A stretch of DNA of 63,742 nt, filler included, from Stramenopiles sp. TOSAG23-2 (taxonomy: Eukaryota), in NCBI GenBank assembly GCA_900128395.1. It is 22 parts of 22 records of this genome, joined end to end, with 100 filler letters (N's around TTAATTAATTAA, not from the genome) between each part and the next. Parts side by side here need not be neighbours in the genome. Positions count along the whole stretch, not along the records: positions 21,029 to 23,919 come from LT651475.1; positions 24,020 to 26,908 come from LT651476.1; positions 27,009 to 29,895 come from LT651477.1; positions 29,996 to 32,881 come from LT651478.1; positions 32,982 to 35,866 come from LT651479.1; 17 more parts are not named here. The stretch is one strand, 5' to 3'. Shown here one piece after another: positions 23,295-35,966 of this stretch; positions within the stretch are counted from its first letter, which is position 1, and every line of letters begins with the position of its first letter. Under the pieces are notes generated by a model. It was given only the letters and a program-made list of their open reading frames with translations. It ran no database searches and had not been told where the DNA came from. The translations under genes and the position numbers were made by a program.

Positions 23295-23830
23295 GAGAGG
23301 TGCAGAGAGAAGAAAATATGATACGAGCGTAGTAATGCCAGTATATGACATTAATTTTTATAATTTTAATTTACGAGGCGCATAATTTATATGAAAATCG
23401 AATTTTTTTTAATTTTACTCACAAACATGATAATTTCTACGAAGTAGTCTTTAAAAGAATACAATAACCTGAGACAATATTATCTATATATATAATATCC
23501 ATAACATTACGAACAAAAAAAAGTACACACTATCAAAATATATTTTTCTATAATATATATAATTAATTAATAATATGCTATAAAAATTTTTTATAAATAA
23601 AACATGTTTTATAATTTCTAGTTTGTACAAATACGATGTACGAAAGAGTTACACATCTCTTGTACATCTCGTTTTGTTTTTAATTTTTATAAAATAAAAC
23701 ATTTTTTTGTAATGATTGTGTATGATACTATAAATATCATTATAAATAATTACACACACAATTTTTCCATTTTTTTTGAAAAGTATTTCTGAAAACGGAA
23801 AATACTTTCATATGTATATACATGTATAAT

Positions 23831-23919
23831 TTATGCTTCTGCTTTTGGAGCTTCTTCCTTTGGTGCTTCTTCCTTTGGTGCTTCTTCCTTTGGTGCTTCT
23901 TCCTTTGGTGCTTCTTCCT
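23831..23919 (-). repeat. 15-bp coding repeat (EEAPK)n at the C-terminus of a truncated gene
   Basis: GAAGAAGCACCAAAG about five times, ending EEAPKAEA-TAA. The contig breaks inside the repeat. Confidence 0.8.
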
Positions 23920-24019
23920 NNNNNNNNNNNNNNNNNNNNNNNNNNNNNNNNNNNNNNNNNNNNTTAATTAATTAANNNNNNNNNNNNNNNNNNNNNNNNN
24001 NNNNNNNNNNNNNNNNNNN

Positions 24020-26908
24020 TAAGAGAACAACCAGCACCTGGACCATTATTACCATCGTATCCACGTTCATCACTTCTTATAGTGCCATTCATTTCAATTT
24101 TATTCATACTTTGTAATTTAATTGTTTGAGATGTAATTGTTGATGTTGGATATATCAAAATAGTACTTGCATTTAATGATATTGTACCAGATGCACCAGT
24201 ACCACTTATATCAGCATTTTCATGTATAACAATTGTTGATGCAATATCTCCAAGGATTGAATATGCACTGATAGTCACATCGTTTTTAATTATCATATTA
24301 TGATTAATATTTAGTAAGATGGAACCTGTTTCTGATTTAAATATTGAACTTTTTTTCAACATCATGTACTGTATACGATCAATTATTTCAATAGTATTAC
24401 TTTTTGTACCTAATATTGCATTTTCTTCTACAGTAAAATGTTGAACATCTTTAATCGAAATACTTTGAATATTTTCTAAGATAGATGTTTCCAATATATT
24501 TATATTGATTCCATTATCTAAGTCACGGCCATGAAGTACAAGTATACCACCATCACTAGATGATGTGGTCTGTGAACTTAAATACAACATACAATTTATT
24601 GATGGATAGGTATTGCTAGTTTCTATAGAAATATATCCATATCCATTATTTGATCCTTTCGCCGATATGAGTGAAGTTGGATATCCAGTAAAATCAATAC
24701 ATTTTATTTTAATTTCACCAGCTGATCCTGAATTGCATGATGTTTGAGTATTTGATGTACAACCACTTGCTAATATTTTAGCATTTTCACCTAAGTAAAA
24801 ATTATCAAATGATTCCAAATAAATTTTACCATTTGCACCACCACCAGTATTTAACGTACCATTTGTAACTAAATTTAATATTGAAAATATTTCTATTACG
24901 TTACCAGTAATTATAGATAAAGGTGATAAAAGTATTTTTGTTGCATTTAAAAAAACATGTGGTGATTCTACTAATGCACTTTCTGCGACATTTACTACGT
25001 TCCCATTTAAATGTATTTCTGCATTTTTAGATTTTAGCATTGATGACGATTGCATAATAAAAAATGTTTCAAACGTGATATTCACATCTGTATCTCTAGT
25101 ACCTAATATTGCATCTTCATCTATTGTAAACATATGGATACCTTCAAAATATATTTCATTCATGTCTGATAATTTAGACGCTTTCAAAATATTGATATTT
25201 GTATTTGATACAGTAGATTTGATTGTTAAGGATCCACTTTCTGCTGGACTGTGCAACGCTGCACCATTACATTGGTTACCGTTGGTTCGTTCATTTGATA
25301 GTCCACCAGCCATTAGACCACCATTTAATTCAATAATAAAATTTATACCAACACTTGATTTTTCTATATCAATTAGTATACGTCCACCACCACCACCACC
25401 GGAACATGCCTGATAATGTTTATCAGATCCATGATTATTGTAAATATAATGTCCACCATCACCACCTTTTGCACTAAGTACTGCATTAGGTTCGCTAACC
25501 AATGTCGCACACTTCAACCAAATACTACCACCAGCACCACCACCACCATTTCTATTATCATCGCTTGAAGACGTAAATGATTCTCCATTTGCAGTTACCA
25601 ATGATGACGGTCCTAAAACAATTTTATTGAATGATTCAACTTTTATTCTACCACCACCTTTTCCTCCAAGATAGTAAGTCCCACCGCGTTTCATAGAACC
25701 TCCACCGCTACCCATTGTAAATGCCGTATCCCTACTATGACCATATGTAATTGGATTATACGAATCAGAAGAAGAATAACATGGATTATTGACATTATCA
25801 CTATATTGCCTATCTGTATTTCCCCCTCTTCCACCATGTGATCCACCAGCACCACCTCCATACCTACTGGTGCCTGAATCACCTATAAGAGAACAACCAG
25901 CACCTGGACCATTATTACCATCGTATCCACGTTCATCACTCGTTATAGTGCCTTCAACAAATATGTTTTTTGAAATTATAGTGGTATTACGTACACTAAG
26001 TGTTCCATCAATACGTATTTCTATGGAATAAAAAATCATATACATATTGTCAGGTGCAATAGCAGTACCGCCACTTTTGACCCATAGTCGCCCTAAAACA
26101 ACAGATTTTTCAAGAACTAAAGTTTCACCAGATGCAACAATATGTGTAATATTCATATCGTCTATGTTCATTACATAAGGATAGCTTTCTCCAAAATTAT
26201 TGATAGCTGTTATGTTTATTTGCATATTTTCTACTGGGCCAATAATATCTAAAACATCTGGGATTACTGACATAAAAGTCTGGCCGGAACTTCCATCTAT
26301 CGATGTAATTACATGCACTTCATCCCATACATCACTATGTATTTTGTATGCAGTTACGGATTCACTTCTATGATTTGATGCTTGCCATGAAATACGAAGA
26401 CTACCATCAATTTGAAACACATAATGACCACTGCGTGGATGTGATGGTCTACGATCGGCAGTAATAATATTTGAATTATCTGACCAAGGACTAGTCCCAA
26501 AATTTTTCACTTTTACTCGAAAGGAGTGTATAGACCCAAAAGCTAAACCGCCCATAATGACTTCGTTACAATGCGATTCCAAAGAGACGGTTGGATCTTC
26601 CGTCGATTCAATCAAGTATAGAGATAATGGTGTTGACAAAGGAGTGTCAAATGTGATATTTGCAAAAGTTTCATAACCCCATGCGGTAACGTTCACAACG
26701 GTTTGCTCTACTACCTGTCTAATTGGACACGTTGCTAAACTTTCACGAAGGACAGAATTGGATAATGACTCGGAAATACCAAGACGACGGGTGCCACTAC
26801 GTAAATTCAAGTGAAGAACATTTGTATTTCTTCGATGTTGCGAAGGTCGCAAAACAGATTTACTTTGCAAGGTAGTGAAGTTGCATACCACTACTATTGC
26901 AAAAAAAT
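24020..26908 (-). CDS. Large surface protein: FN3-like domains + Gly-rich/beta-solenoid repeats (partial)
   Basis: GLAFGSIHSFRVKVKNFGTSPWS and LRISWQ...ITAINNFGES are FN3-like. GGSHGGRGG, GSGGG, GGKGGGRI and GGGAGGSIWL motifs. The module SDERGYDGNNGPGAGCSL occurs twice. Confidence 0.8.
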
Positions 26909-27008
26909 NNNNNNNNNNNNNNNNNNNNNNNNNNNNNNNNNNNNNNNNNNNNTTAATTAATTAANNNNNNNNNNNNNNNNNNNNNNNNNNNNNNNNNNNN
27001 NNNNNNNN

Positions 27009-28617
27009 TATTTGTGATTTGAGATTCAAACCTCCACAACCATTGGAAAACTGGAAAGGTACATTGGATGGTAAAAAAACACCAAAATTATGCCCACAAT
27101 TAAAAGCAACAGATTTATTTCATTTAGGTGAAGAAGATTGTTTGTATATGCATATTTATGTACCAGAAGATGCATTTAAAAAAAATATTACTGAATTACC
27201 AGTCTTGTTTTGGATATTTGGCGGTGGTTTTGTTATGGGTGATGGGTATGAATTTGGATTTTATGATGGCACCAATTTAGCTAAAAATACAAATTCAATT
27301 GTTGTTACGACAAATTATAGGGTAGGTCCATTTGGGTTTTTAGCACATAAATATTTACAAAATGAAGACCCAGACCACTCAACTGGTAATATGGGTGTAA
27401 GAGATCAACGTGCTGCAATGCAAATTGTACAAGAAATTATTGGTGAATTTGGTGGTGATAAAAAACGCGTTGCAATTTTTGGAGAGTCAGCAGGTGCTAT
27501 GTCCGTTTGTTATCATATAGCATCAGAAGCATCGAAAGGTCTATTCAGTGCTGCTATTTCCGAAAGTGGCAGTTGTGACACTACACAATTTTTTCGACCA
27601 TTAAAGAATCAAAGTGAATTTGGATCGTATTATGCATTGAAGTTTGGATGCAATGATACGTCAATGGATCAAGAAGAATTTTTAAAATGTTTACGTAAAG
27701 CAGATGTGAAAGATATTATGAATGGTTTTTTCACTTGGTTTGAAAAACATTGGCCAAATCCAGAAACGGAGAAATATTTCGCTAAAATATTTGATGGCGA
27801 TAGCAAAAAAGCAAAAGAATTTTTAGGATCTAAATTATTTCGTGCAGTACCTCCTGGATGGGATCCACCATTGTCACCGGTCATGCCATTTGGTCCTACC
27901 ATCGATGGGACACATGTTGGAACATTTGACATGCCATTACATGCTATGATTAATGGTTTTGGTTCCAGCGTTCCCGCAATTTTTGGTAGTAATAGAAATG
28001 AAGGGAGTATCTTTGTCCCTTTTTTACCTATCGTTGATAAAGGTGTTAGTTTATTTCCATTAACAGATGCAAGTGTTGAAAAATCATTGTTTTTATTTTT
28101 AAATCGCAATCATACATTTGTAAATTTAGTATTGGAACATTATCCAAAAGGAGATTATAATAATGATAACATTGCAAGGATTGCAATGATATTAAGAGAT
28201 TGCACATTTGCATGTCCAGCACGAAGGGCAGTTCGAGTATTATCTGAACGTGGTGTAAATGCATATTTATACCATTTCGTTACGCCATTAACAAATTGGA
28301 TTGAATATGGTTTATTAGGTGATTATCATTCAAGTGAATTAGCATTCGTATTTGGTAACCAATGGCCTGCAATTATACATGATTTTGATAAAGGTGAAGC
28401 AGAAGTATCAAAAGCATTTCAATTTTATTGGTCTAATTTAGCAAAAACAGGAGATGTCAACCAAGGTGATTCAGAGACAGAATTTTTACATTGGCCAAAA
28501 TACAATAAGACATCTAGTTTAAATATGAATTTGGATTATCCATTGAATACGGAGATTGGTTTGTTAGGTGGTAAATGTGATTTTTGGGATACGCAAAAGA
28601 AGTGGTATAAAGATTAA
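27009..28617 (+). CDS. Type-B carboxylesterase (cholinesterase family), 5' partial
   Basis: LRFKPP, EDCLYMHIY, WIFGGGF, NYRVGPFGFL, FGESAG nucleophile, GSNRNEG and YHSSEL. The catalytic triad is intact. Confidence 0.95.
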
Positions 28618-28806
28618 AACGAACAAATAGTCTTTTTATAAATATGACCTAAAATAATTACGAAGAGTAATTATATTTTACCGATCGTAAAAAATTACGT
28701 TCGTATTTAATTTGGATGCATTTTAAAAGAAATATTCGTATTATCATACACATTTTTACGACGTACATTTTTTTGAAATAATATACCGCGCGCACCAACT
28801 ACGCTC

Positions 28807-29800
28807 TTACACTCTATCATCTTCATTTGTTGTACTACTATCTCTCTCACGTTGTTTGTCATTATTTATATCACTTTCACTATATTCAGTATTACTCTCT
28901 GCTCCATCATCTGAATTATTATCAGATGCACTAATTACATCTTTTTCCGCAGCAATACGATGTTTAATAAATTTCATTCGTTTTTCAACAATTTCATAAT
29001 CTTTACCAATTTTTTTATAGACTTCCAATGTTTTTTCATGAAAATGCAATGAACGTGGCAATTCACCACTTTTCAAATAGGCAACAGCAACATTGTTATA
29101 TAATTTTGCCATTAATTCATAATCGCCTAATTCTTTAATTAATTTTAAACATGGATAGTAATTTTTTATTGCACCTTTATGATCCTGTTGTCCTTCACAA
29201 CATCTTGCTAAATTACCATATGCTTTTGCTAAATGTTCTTTCAACACGACTAATGCTTTATCCCATTGAATTTTTTCCATGGTTTTAATTTCTTTCAACG
29301 CATTCATTGCTTGGTCTTTTGATTTTTCAAATTCTTTCTTTTATTATACATATTTCTTTTCTCTCCAACATTTATANNNNNNNNNNNNNNNNNNNNNNNN
29401 NNNNNNNNNNNNNNNNNNNNNNTTTTGATTTTTCAAATTCTTTCTTTGCCTCTACATATTTCTTTTCTCTCCAACATTTATAACCAGATTCTACGAAATT
29501 TTCTATTTTTTTTTTATGTAATTCACAAAAATCCATTTCTTCTTGTACATCTTCCTCACTACGTCTTTTTCTACGTCCACCTCCTCTGGATGGTTTTAAT
29601 GCATCACTAAATGCATTTTTTAAATCCTTTGATGATGCACGTTTACTACCACTTTTCCCACGCCGTCTATTCCGTCCACCATTACTGTTCTTACTGTTCT
29701 TCTTATGATTATTATTAGGATCATGTACACGTATTGTTTTTCTTTCTTTCATTTCCTCCGTTTCTGGTCCTCGATCCCCTGCACACATTTCATTCCCCAT
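28807..29800 (-). CDS. Putatively acylated TPR protein (one gene across the false 46-N gap)
   Basis: MGNEMC N-terminus. The sequence either side of the gap overlaps by ~60 bp and joins KKEFEKSK/DQAMNAL. TPR-like AKAYGNLARCC and AKLYNNVAVAY. Confidence 0.75.
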
Positions 29801-30109
29801 GTTTTGTTCTATTGTATGTATGTATATAATAATATACACACACGGAGAGACACACACACGTATTATATATATACACACACAGACACACACACGTANNNNN
29901 NNNNNNNNNNNNNNNNNNNNNNNNNNNNNNNNNNNNNNNTTAATTAATTAANNNNNNNNNNNNNNNNNNNNNNNNNNNNNNNNNNNNNNNNNNNNAATAA
30001 AGCTCTCATGCGCCGCCGCAAGCTAATACTCTATAAGCACAAGTAGGTCTTATATATATATATATTTCATTTTTACACCCATCATATATGATTCGTACAC
30101 ATTTCTTTT

Positions 30110-31993
30110 TTATATCTTTTCAAATACTTTGATAGCATTTTCTAAATCTATAATACTGGTATCATCATTCATTGCTGATTGTTCTTCTGAGGTTAAATAT
30201 AGGTAGTGTCTCAAGCTGGACTTTAATGTGTTCAAAATTTCACGTTGTAACAGCTCATCATGTTCTATTAGATCTTTTGTGTAAGCCAAGGCACCCGCAC
30301 ACATCTCCTTTACATCTTTATAATGTTGTACATTAGCATCTTCTTTTTTAAAATTATGCACTAACGCGTTTAAAAATTTTAATCGAAAACATTTATAAAA
30401 TTTTACATTTGTCTTGTCAGTCTGTAATTTTACCGCATTGTATTCAAAAATATTCCATATAATGGCAGCTGCAATAATTTTGTTGTCAGTTGTTTCCTTA
30501 TTTAGTAAGGATAAGAGTAAAAAATCATGCCACATTTTACTTTTAGATACGATCTCTATTACTACAACAGATTTTTTTGTCAGCATTAAAATTGCATCCT
30601 GTGCGGTTTCTATTAATTCTTCATTATCTTTCACTACTCGTAGGATAAATTCTAAACTAGACAAGTATAGAGGGAAAAAAGCTGTGTTTTTTGTCAACAG
30701 TTGCTGTTCAGTCCACGTGCTGTCAAATGACACAATTGCTATATCCGAATCTAAATCATTTAAATTATTAATAAAATATTTCCCGATGAAACGATTTTTC
30801 ACAATTGCTTCTTCATTTAAATTGTTGAAAATCGCATATGGCACGGATTCCTTTATGTCTATCCAAACTTTTTCGATTTTTGTCAAGCCGTCCTTGCATG
30901 CGACGATATGATGTTTATCAGTAGTACCTTTTTTCTTGATAACATCTTGTAACTTACAAAGTTGCAACAACCAGTTTGTCTGTCCAATGTTTTTCGGTAA
31001 CTTCATATTTGCACTTGGCATCTTACTGTTAAAATCTGTTGTGCATACATCCCCCCCCCAAAATCCCACCATCAATGTCAAGCGTCTTTTGCTTTCAAAC
31101 CCTTTAATACATTTTGGAACTACGCCATGCAAACGGTCTCCTTCAAACATTAGCAATCGATTTCGCGAAGGAAATGCTAAATATCCAGATGCAGAGTTTA
31201 ACATTGGATCTACCCCAATTTTTTTTGCGGTAATTAGCGTTGGACTACCAAAATTTTCAAAATACAATACAGTAGATACATATGGAAATTGCACTTTACC
31301 TAATTGCTTTAAACCTCGTTCATCTGTATCGTAATGCAATTGATGAGATCCACCATTCACATATCGGCTATGTGCCCACCACTCGCAGTGTATTGCTTCA
31401 GTTTGAGGATAGAATGCTTTGACAGTTGGATATATATAATTGAAAATAATATTTTCAATCAAATTTGATGGTTGTTCAAAGTTCTGATATGAATACGAGA
31501 AATAATCACAATTTGGATAATTATGGTGAGACCAAAATGACGATTGAGGCTGAAAGAAATTTTCCAGAGCTGCTAGATATTCTAAAGGGATAGCATTATC
31601 AACCACGTGCATAAAGTTATTATCATCATTTTTATTTTTATCATTATTTTTCCTTGACTGATGTTTTGTATTTTGAAAGCATTCTTTACTCAATCTATAT
31701 TTAAAACGTAAGCTGAGAAGAATTTTATCTGCCTCATCAGTTCTACCGTGTTGTAGATATACGATCGCCAATGTATAACGTGCTACCATAGTATCTTTAA
31801 AACGTTCTAATGTTATTTCTAAAATAGGTTGCGGAGAATTGTTAACCAAATTGTATAAAATTTCAAAGGCTTTTTGTAATCCATTCTCTTCCTCTGTTAG
31901 TATACTTTCAACAAGTAGCAAAGTGTCAATAATTGATGATTTCGATCTCTTCTGCGACGTGCTACTGATACTATTAAGCGCTCGTTTCTTCAT
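30110..31993 (-). CDS. 2OG-Fe(II) oxygenase superfamily protein with helical flanks
   Basis: EWWAHSR, HQLHYDTDE (HxD), STVLY, NRLLMFEGDRLHGV (distal His) and RRLTLMVGFW (2OG-binding Arg). Confidence 0.8.
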   Translation of the reverse strand: MKKRALNSISSTSQKRSKSSIIDTLLLVESILTEEENGLQKAFEILYNLVNNSPQPILEITLERFKDTMVARYTLAIVYLQHGRTDEADKILLSLRFKYRLSKECFQNTKHQSRKNNDKNKNDDNNFMHVVDNAIPLEYLAALENFFQPQSSFWSHHNYPNCDYFSYSYQNFEQPSNLIENIIFNYIYPTVKAFYPQTEAIHCEWWAHSRYVNGGSHQLHYDTDERGLKQLGKVQFPYVSTVLYFENFGSPTLITAKKIGVDPMLNSASGYLAFPSRNRLLMFEGDRLHGVVPKCIKGFESKRRLTLMVGFWGGDVCTTDFNSKMPSANMKLPKNIGQTNWLLQLCKLQDVIKKKGTTDKHHIVACKDGLTKIEKVWIDIKESVPYAIFNNLNEEAIVKNRFIGKYFINNLNDLDSDIAIVSFDSTWTEQQLLTKNTAFFPLYLSSLEFILRVVKDNEELIETAQDAILMLTKKSVVVIEIVSKSKMWHDFLLLSLLNKETTDNKIIAAAIIWNIFEYNAVKLQTDKTNVKFYKCFRLKFLNALVHNFKKEDANVQHYKDVKEMCAGALAYTKDLIEHDELLQREILNTLKSSLRHYLYLTSEEQSAMNDDTSIIDLENAIKVFEKI

Positions 31994-32684
31994 TTTAAAG
32001 TTGCTTGCTTGTAAATTTTATGTATTAAGGTTGATGTGATTATTTCTGTTTCCCTTTTATTTTTGCGTTTTGCAATTATTATTTATCCACAAACGCATAT
32101 GTATATATGTACATTGCCAATTGCAACCATTCTAATAATTCTAAAAAAAAAATAAAAAAAAATAATAATAATAGATCTAATAGATCTAAAAAATTAATTA
32201 ATTTCATTTATTTAAGGACAAAGACCCCTAAAAAGTAAAAGTAACTATAAAATCTACGTAGTCTAGCCAGCTGGGACAGCTAGCTAGCTAATATTAGGGT
32301 CTTAGTATGAAATATGAAATAATATAAATATAATATAAATAGTACTAGTAAATACTACTAGTAATATTACCACTATAATACTGGTTTAGGTTATTTCTTA
32401 TGACATTATTTATATTGTTGTTAGTTGTTTTATAAATACTATTAATGAGAATAATAATAATAGCAAGCTGGCAAGCAATCTGCTACCACCATGGTGGTAG
32501 TTGTTAGTGGCAATAATAATTGTTAATAAAGATAAATAATAATAATAATAAATAATATACAATTATTTTTTAGATTTATTTAGTGTGCAATTATTAGTAT
32601 TACTTGTCTTGTAATTTAAACTTATACAGCAATCTACACGACATAGTTTAGCTTTACGATGCACTCAAAACATTTCATATCACT

Positions 32685-32881
32685 ATGAGCATTTTAAATG
32701 TAATCTTTTTATCTATAATAACATGCTTTTCGAAGTTGACGTGCAGTGACGGTGGTACTAGTGGTCTTAATTCAAACAATTATGAACCCCCAGCAAGTTT
32801 CCCAGGTACCCCAGAAGAGGAAATGCAAGAAAGAAAATTTGCTTCATGGCTATTAAAAAACGGCGCAATAATCAACAATGT
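32685..32881 (+). CDS. 5' end of a signal-peptide protein, probably a SETD3/LSMT-type SET domain
   Basis: MSILNVIFLSIITCFSKLTCS leader. ERKFASWLLKNGAII matches the FxxWLxxNG start of this SET class. Truncated by the contig end. Confidence 0.55.
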
Positions 32882-33196
32882 NNNNNNNNNNNNNNNNNNN
32901 NNNNNNNNNNNNNNNNNNNNNNNNNTTAATTAATTAANNNNNNNNNNNNNNNNNNNNNNNNNNNNNNNNNNNNNNNNNNNNAGCCACACAGCACTAAATC
33001 TACGTCTCCAACTAGACTTTTCTTTGAAAAGTCTAGGACCTAGATTAAGAGTAACCTAGGTATAATACTCATATCTCGTATAAACCAAAAAAATATCCGT
33101 ACTTATATATATATATATGCTAAACACAGTATACATCACCAGAGCCTACTTTGGTATAGCACTCTTTTTTACGAAACTTATCATACTTATATCCAG

Positions 33197-35534
33197 TCAT
33201 TTTAACCCTTGACTTACAATCATTCTTTCAAAACCTTCTAAATATCGTTCATAAAGTTTTCGTAAAACAGCACCACGATTGGTAACACCACCTAATACTT
33301 CTAATTTGTAACTTTGTTTGTTCCAAAATTCATCTAAGCGATCTACGTACATGCCACCTTCCGCACCAACTTGTTTAAAGAGATGGAACAAATTTATTTC
33401 ACTACCACCATGTTCAACAATTACTTCGTCAAAATCTATACTGGTAATAATAGCATTGACATTTGCACCTCCATTGTTAATATGGTATTTTTCTAACTTG
33501 CGACTGAAGTTATGTAACGATTTCATACGGCCGGTCAATTTTTTACATAGTTGAAAGTACTTGCTTTTTTCCAAACCTAAGCCGCGCATATTCTCATAAC
33601 CACCTGCCTTTTTATATTTATTCCATTGCGATGGCGTCATAGCTTGTTTCTTGCGCTTGAACTCTAGCAATTTATCTAAGCGGAGGGATGCTTTACGTTT
33701 GATAGGCATTTTTATAGAGTTTGAACTTGTGATGTCAGCTGCTTTAGGATATAACTGCAATACTGCATTTTGGCTACTAAGTGTTGTTGCATTTTCCCCA
33801 TTAGCTGATAGTGACATTTTAAAACCGGTTTTCGAATTAATGGTTTTTTCTTTTTTCTTGTTGTTGGTTATAAATTTACGTAAAATACTCAATGAACCTG
33901 GTATGCATGGTCCATAACCACGAAACGAACGCGGGCACAATGCAGCAATAACTCGAGAATTGGTCAAAAATTGTTTGGGCAACAAGGACAACGATGTTAT
34001 AGGTTCTTTTGTAACACCGTTGTTTGTGACCAATGCCATAGTAGCAAATGAACCGTCATTTTGTTGCAAGTTCATAATTTGCTTGACGCACTTTTTAAAA
34101 GCAACATTTGTTGTTTCATTCATACCAAATATACGAAGACAAATCAATATCTGTGATATTTGGTCCAGCGTGTTGCTATTATTATTATTATTATCGCTGT
34201 TACTGTTATTAATTATTTGATCCGTTGCATACTTTATGACATTTTTATTATTCAAAAATTTGTATTCATCCGGAAATAATTCTTTTGATAACTGCAAATC
34301 ACCAAAATTACTTAGTGTTAAAATTATAGTAAAAATTAGATTCAATTGTTGGTCGTATATTTCTGCTACATTACTTTCACCACGTTTTGCAATTTCATCA
34401 TAAAAACGGTATGGTTTACAAAAAGGTAATAATTTTAAAAAATGCAAATATGTACAATTCCCTGTGTTAATATCACTAGCATTTGAATAAAATGTCAACA
34501 ATAATGCGAACGATAAAGTGGAATGTCCTTTGTTTTGACTTAAACGTGCGATATTATCATCATCATATATATGATCTGGATCAATCCCATACCAATCTTC
34601 ATTTGTATACATATCTTGCAATTTCTCTTGTATATGTATTTCAAATGCTTTTTTCCCACTAGGTTTGCGTCCAATTTGTTCAATACAATAAATTTCTCTT
34701 AAACAATCAAATACTTCCTTCACTTCCTGGAACAAACGTGTATCTTTACCATAATACAATTCTGCTTTTTGACGAATTTGCCATTGGTCCGCTGTAGCTT
34801 CTAACAACGCATTGGCCTTACTTTTTATAGGCTCAGTTGAAGCAGATGCAATTGTTTTTAAAAAATGCAACATATCAGTATCCAATACAGTGAATGGATC
34901 GGCAAAAACATCTTTATTCAATGGGCGAACAAACGTTAATACGACTGGACGAGGTGCACTCTTCAAGCTTTCAACAACAAGCCCGAAATTTAAACCTTTC
35001 ACATTGGTATCACCGACACTTTTAATACGGTCCAGGGGTTTTACTTTCTTTAATTGCCCCGCTTGCCCACCAGGTTCTATACTCTCTACTTCAACATATA
35101 TATCCTTGCCATCCGCTTGTTCACTAATTTTCATTCCGAAAGAGCCTTCATTAAATGAACATGCAATTTCTTCTGGCTTTGGCTTTGGTGGGGGATTTTT
35201 TTTATTTTTAGTAGCTGCNNNNNNNNNNNNNNNNNNNNNNNNNNNNNNNNNNNNNNNNNNNNNNNNNNNNNNNAGCTGCATGAAAATATATATAATCTAA
35301 TCCATGTGATACACTTTCCAATTGGTCTTTCACTGGATTTTCTCGTATTTTTAATAAAATTTTTAAATGAGAATTTTCTTTCACGTCCGCAGAAGTCTGT
35401 TTTATTGATAAGTTATTTCCAACTGTATTCAGTAAATTATCATTTGATAGTGTTATTGTATCTTTTTCATAATTTAATGTATTATCTTCTTCTTTCCACC
35501 ATTTGGTGTCGTTTTTATCATCCTTATTATCCAT
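33197..35534 (-). CDS. PDZ + alpha-helical (prenyltransferase/DUF6895-like) + ARID domain protein, spanning a 55-N gap
   Basis: PDZ: GSFGMKI...IEPGGQA...VKPLDRIKSVG...APRPVVLTFVRP. Middle: LSNFGDLQLSKELFPDEYKFL...IMNLQQNDGSF. ARID: INLFHLFKQVGAEGG...W...LRKLYERYLEGFE. Both gap flanks read AGCTGC. Confidence 0.7.
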
Positions 35535-35966
35535 TTTATGTATATATTAAATATGTAATATATCTCGGGTCATATATAACTATTATTTTATAAATGGTAG
35601 TATAATATGTTTAATAAATATACTGTAAAGATATATTTATTATTCTAGAATTATGTATTATTAATTATGACAAAAAGTGACGTCTTTGTGCTTTCCGGCT
35701 TTATTATTCTAATTATAATAATTTAAATTATAGTTTTAAATAATAATTGTGCAATAATTATGCACTTATTGCCAGATTGTGCCTAGTGTGTGCTATTATA
35801 ATATTTTCTAGAATTGGAGGATAATGCACGAATACCACCAGCCCGGCCAGGTATTCTTAACTAATANNNNNNNNNNNNNNNNNNNNNNNNNNNNNNNNNN
35901 NNNNNNNNNNTTAATTAATTAANNNNNNNNNNNNNNNNNNNNNNNNNNNNNNNNNNNNNNNNNNNN

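Noticed and set aside
29377-29422. Two separate genes or a real duplication around the internal N gap
   Set aside because: The flanks overlap by ~60 nearly identical bases and merge into one TPR ORF.
13175-32881. A cluster of three SET genes as a genomic system
   Set aside because: They lie on different contigs ordered only by length, so their proximity is meaningless.
33012-33060. 11-bp hairpin CTAGACTTTTC-TTT-GAAAAGTCTAG with nearby CTAG as a Helitron 3' end
   Set aside because: Single occurrence, AT-rich stem, atypical spacing and no other element features visible.
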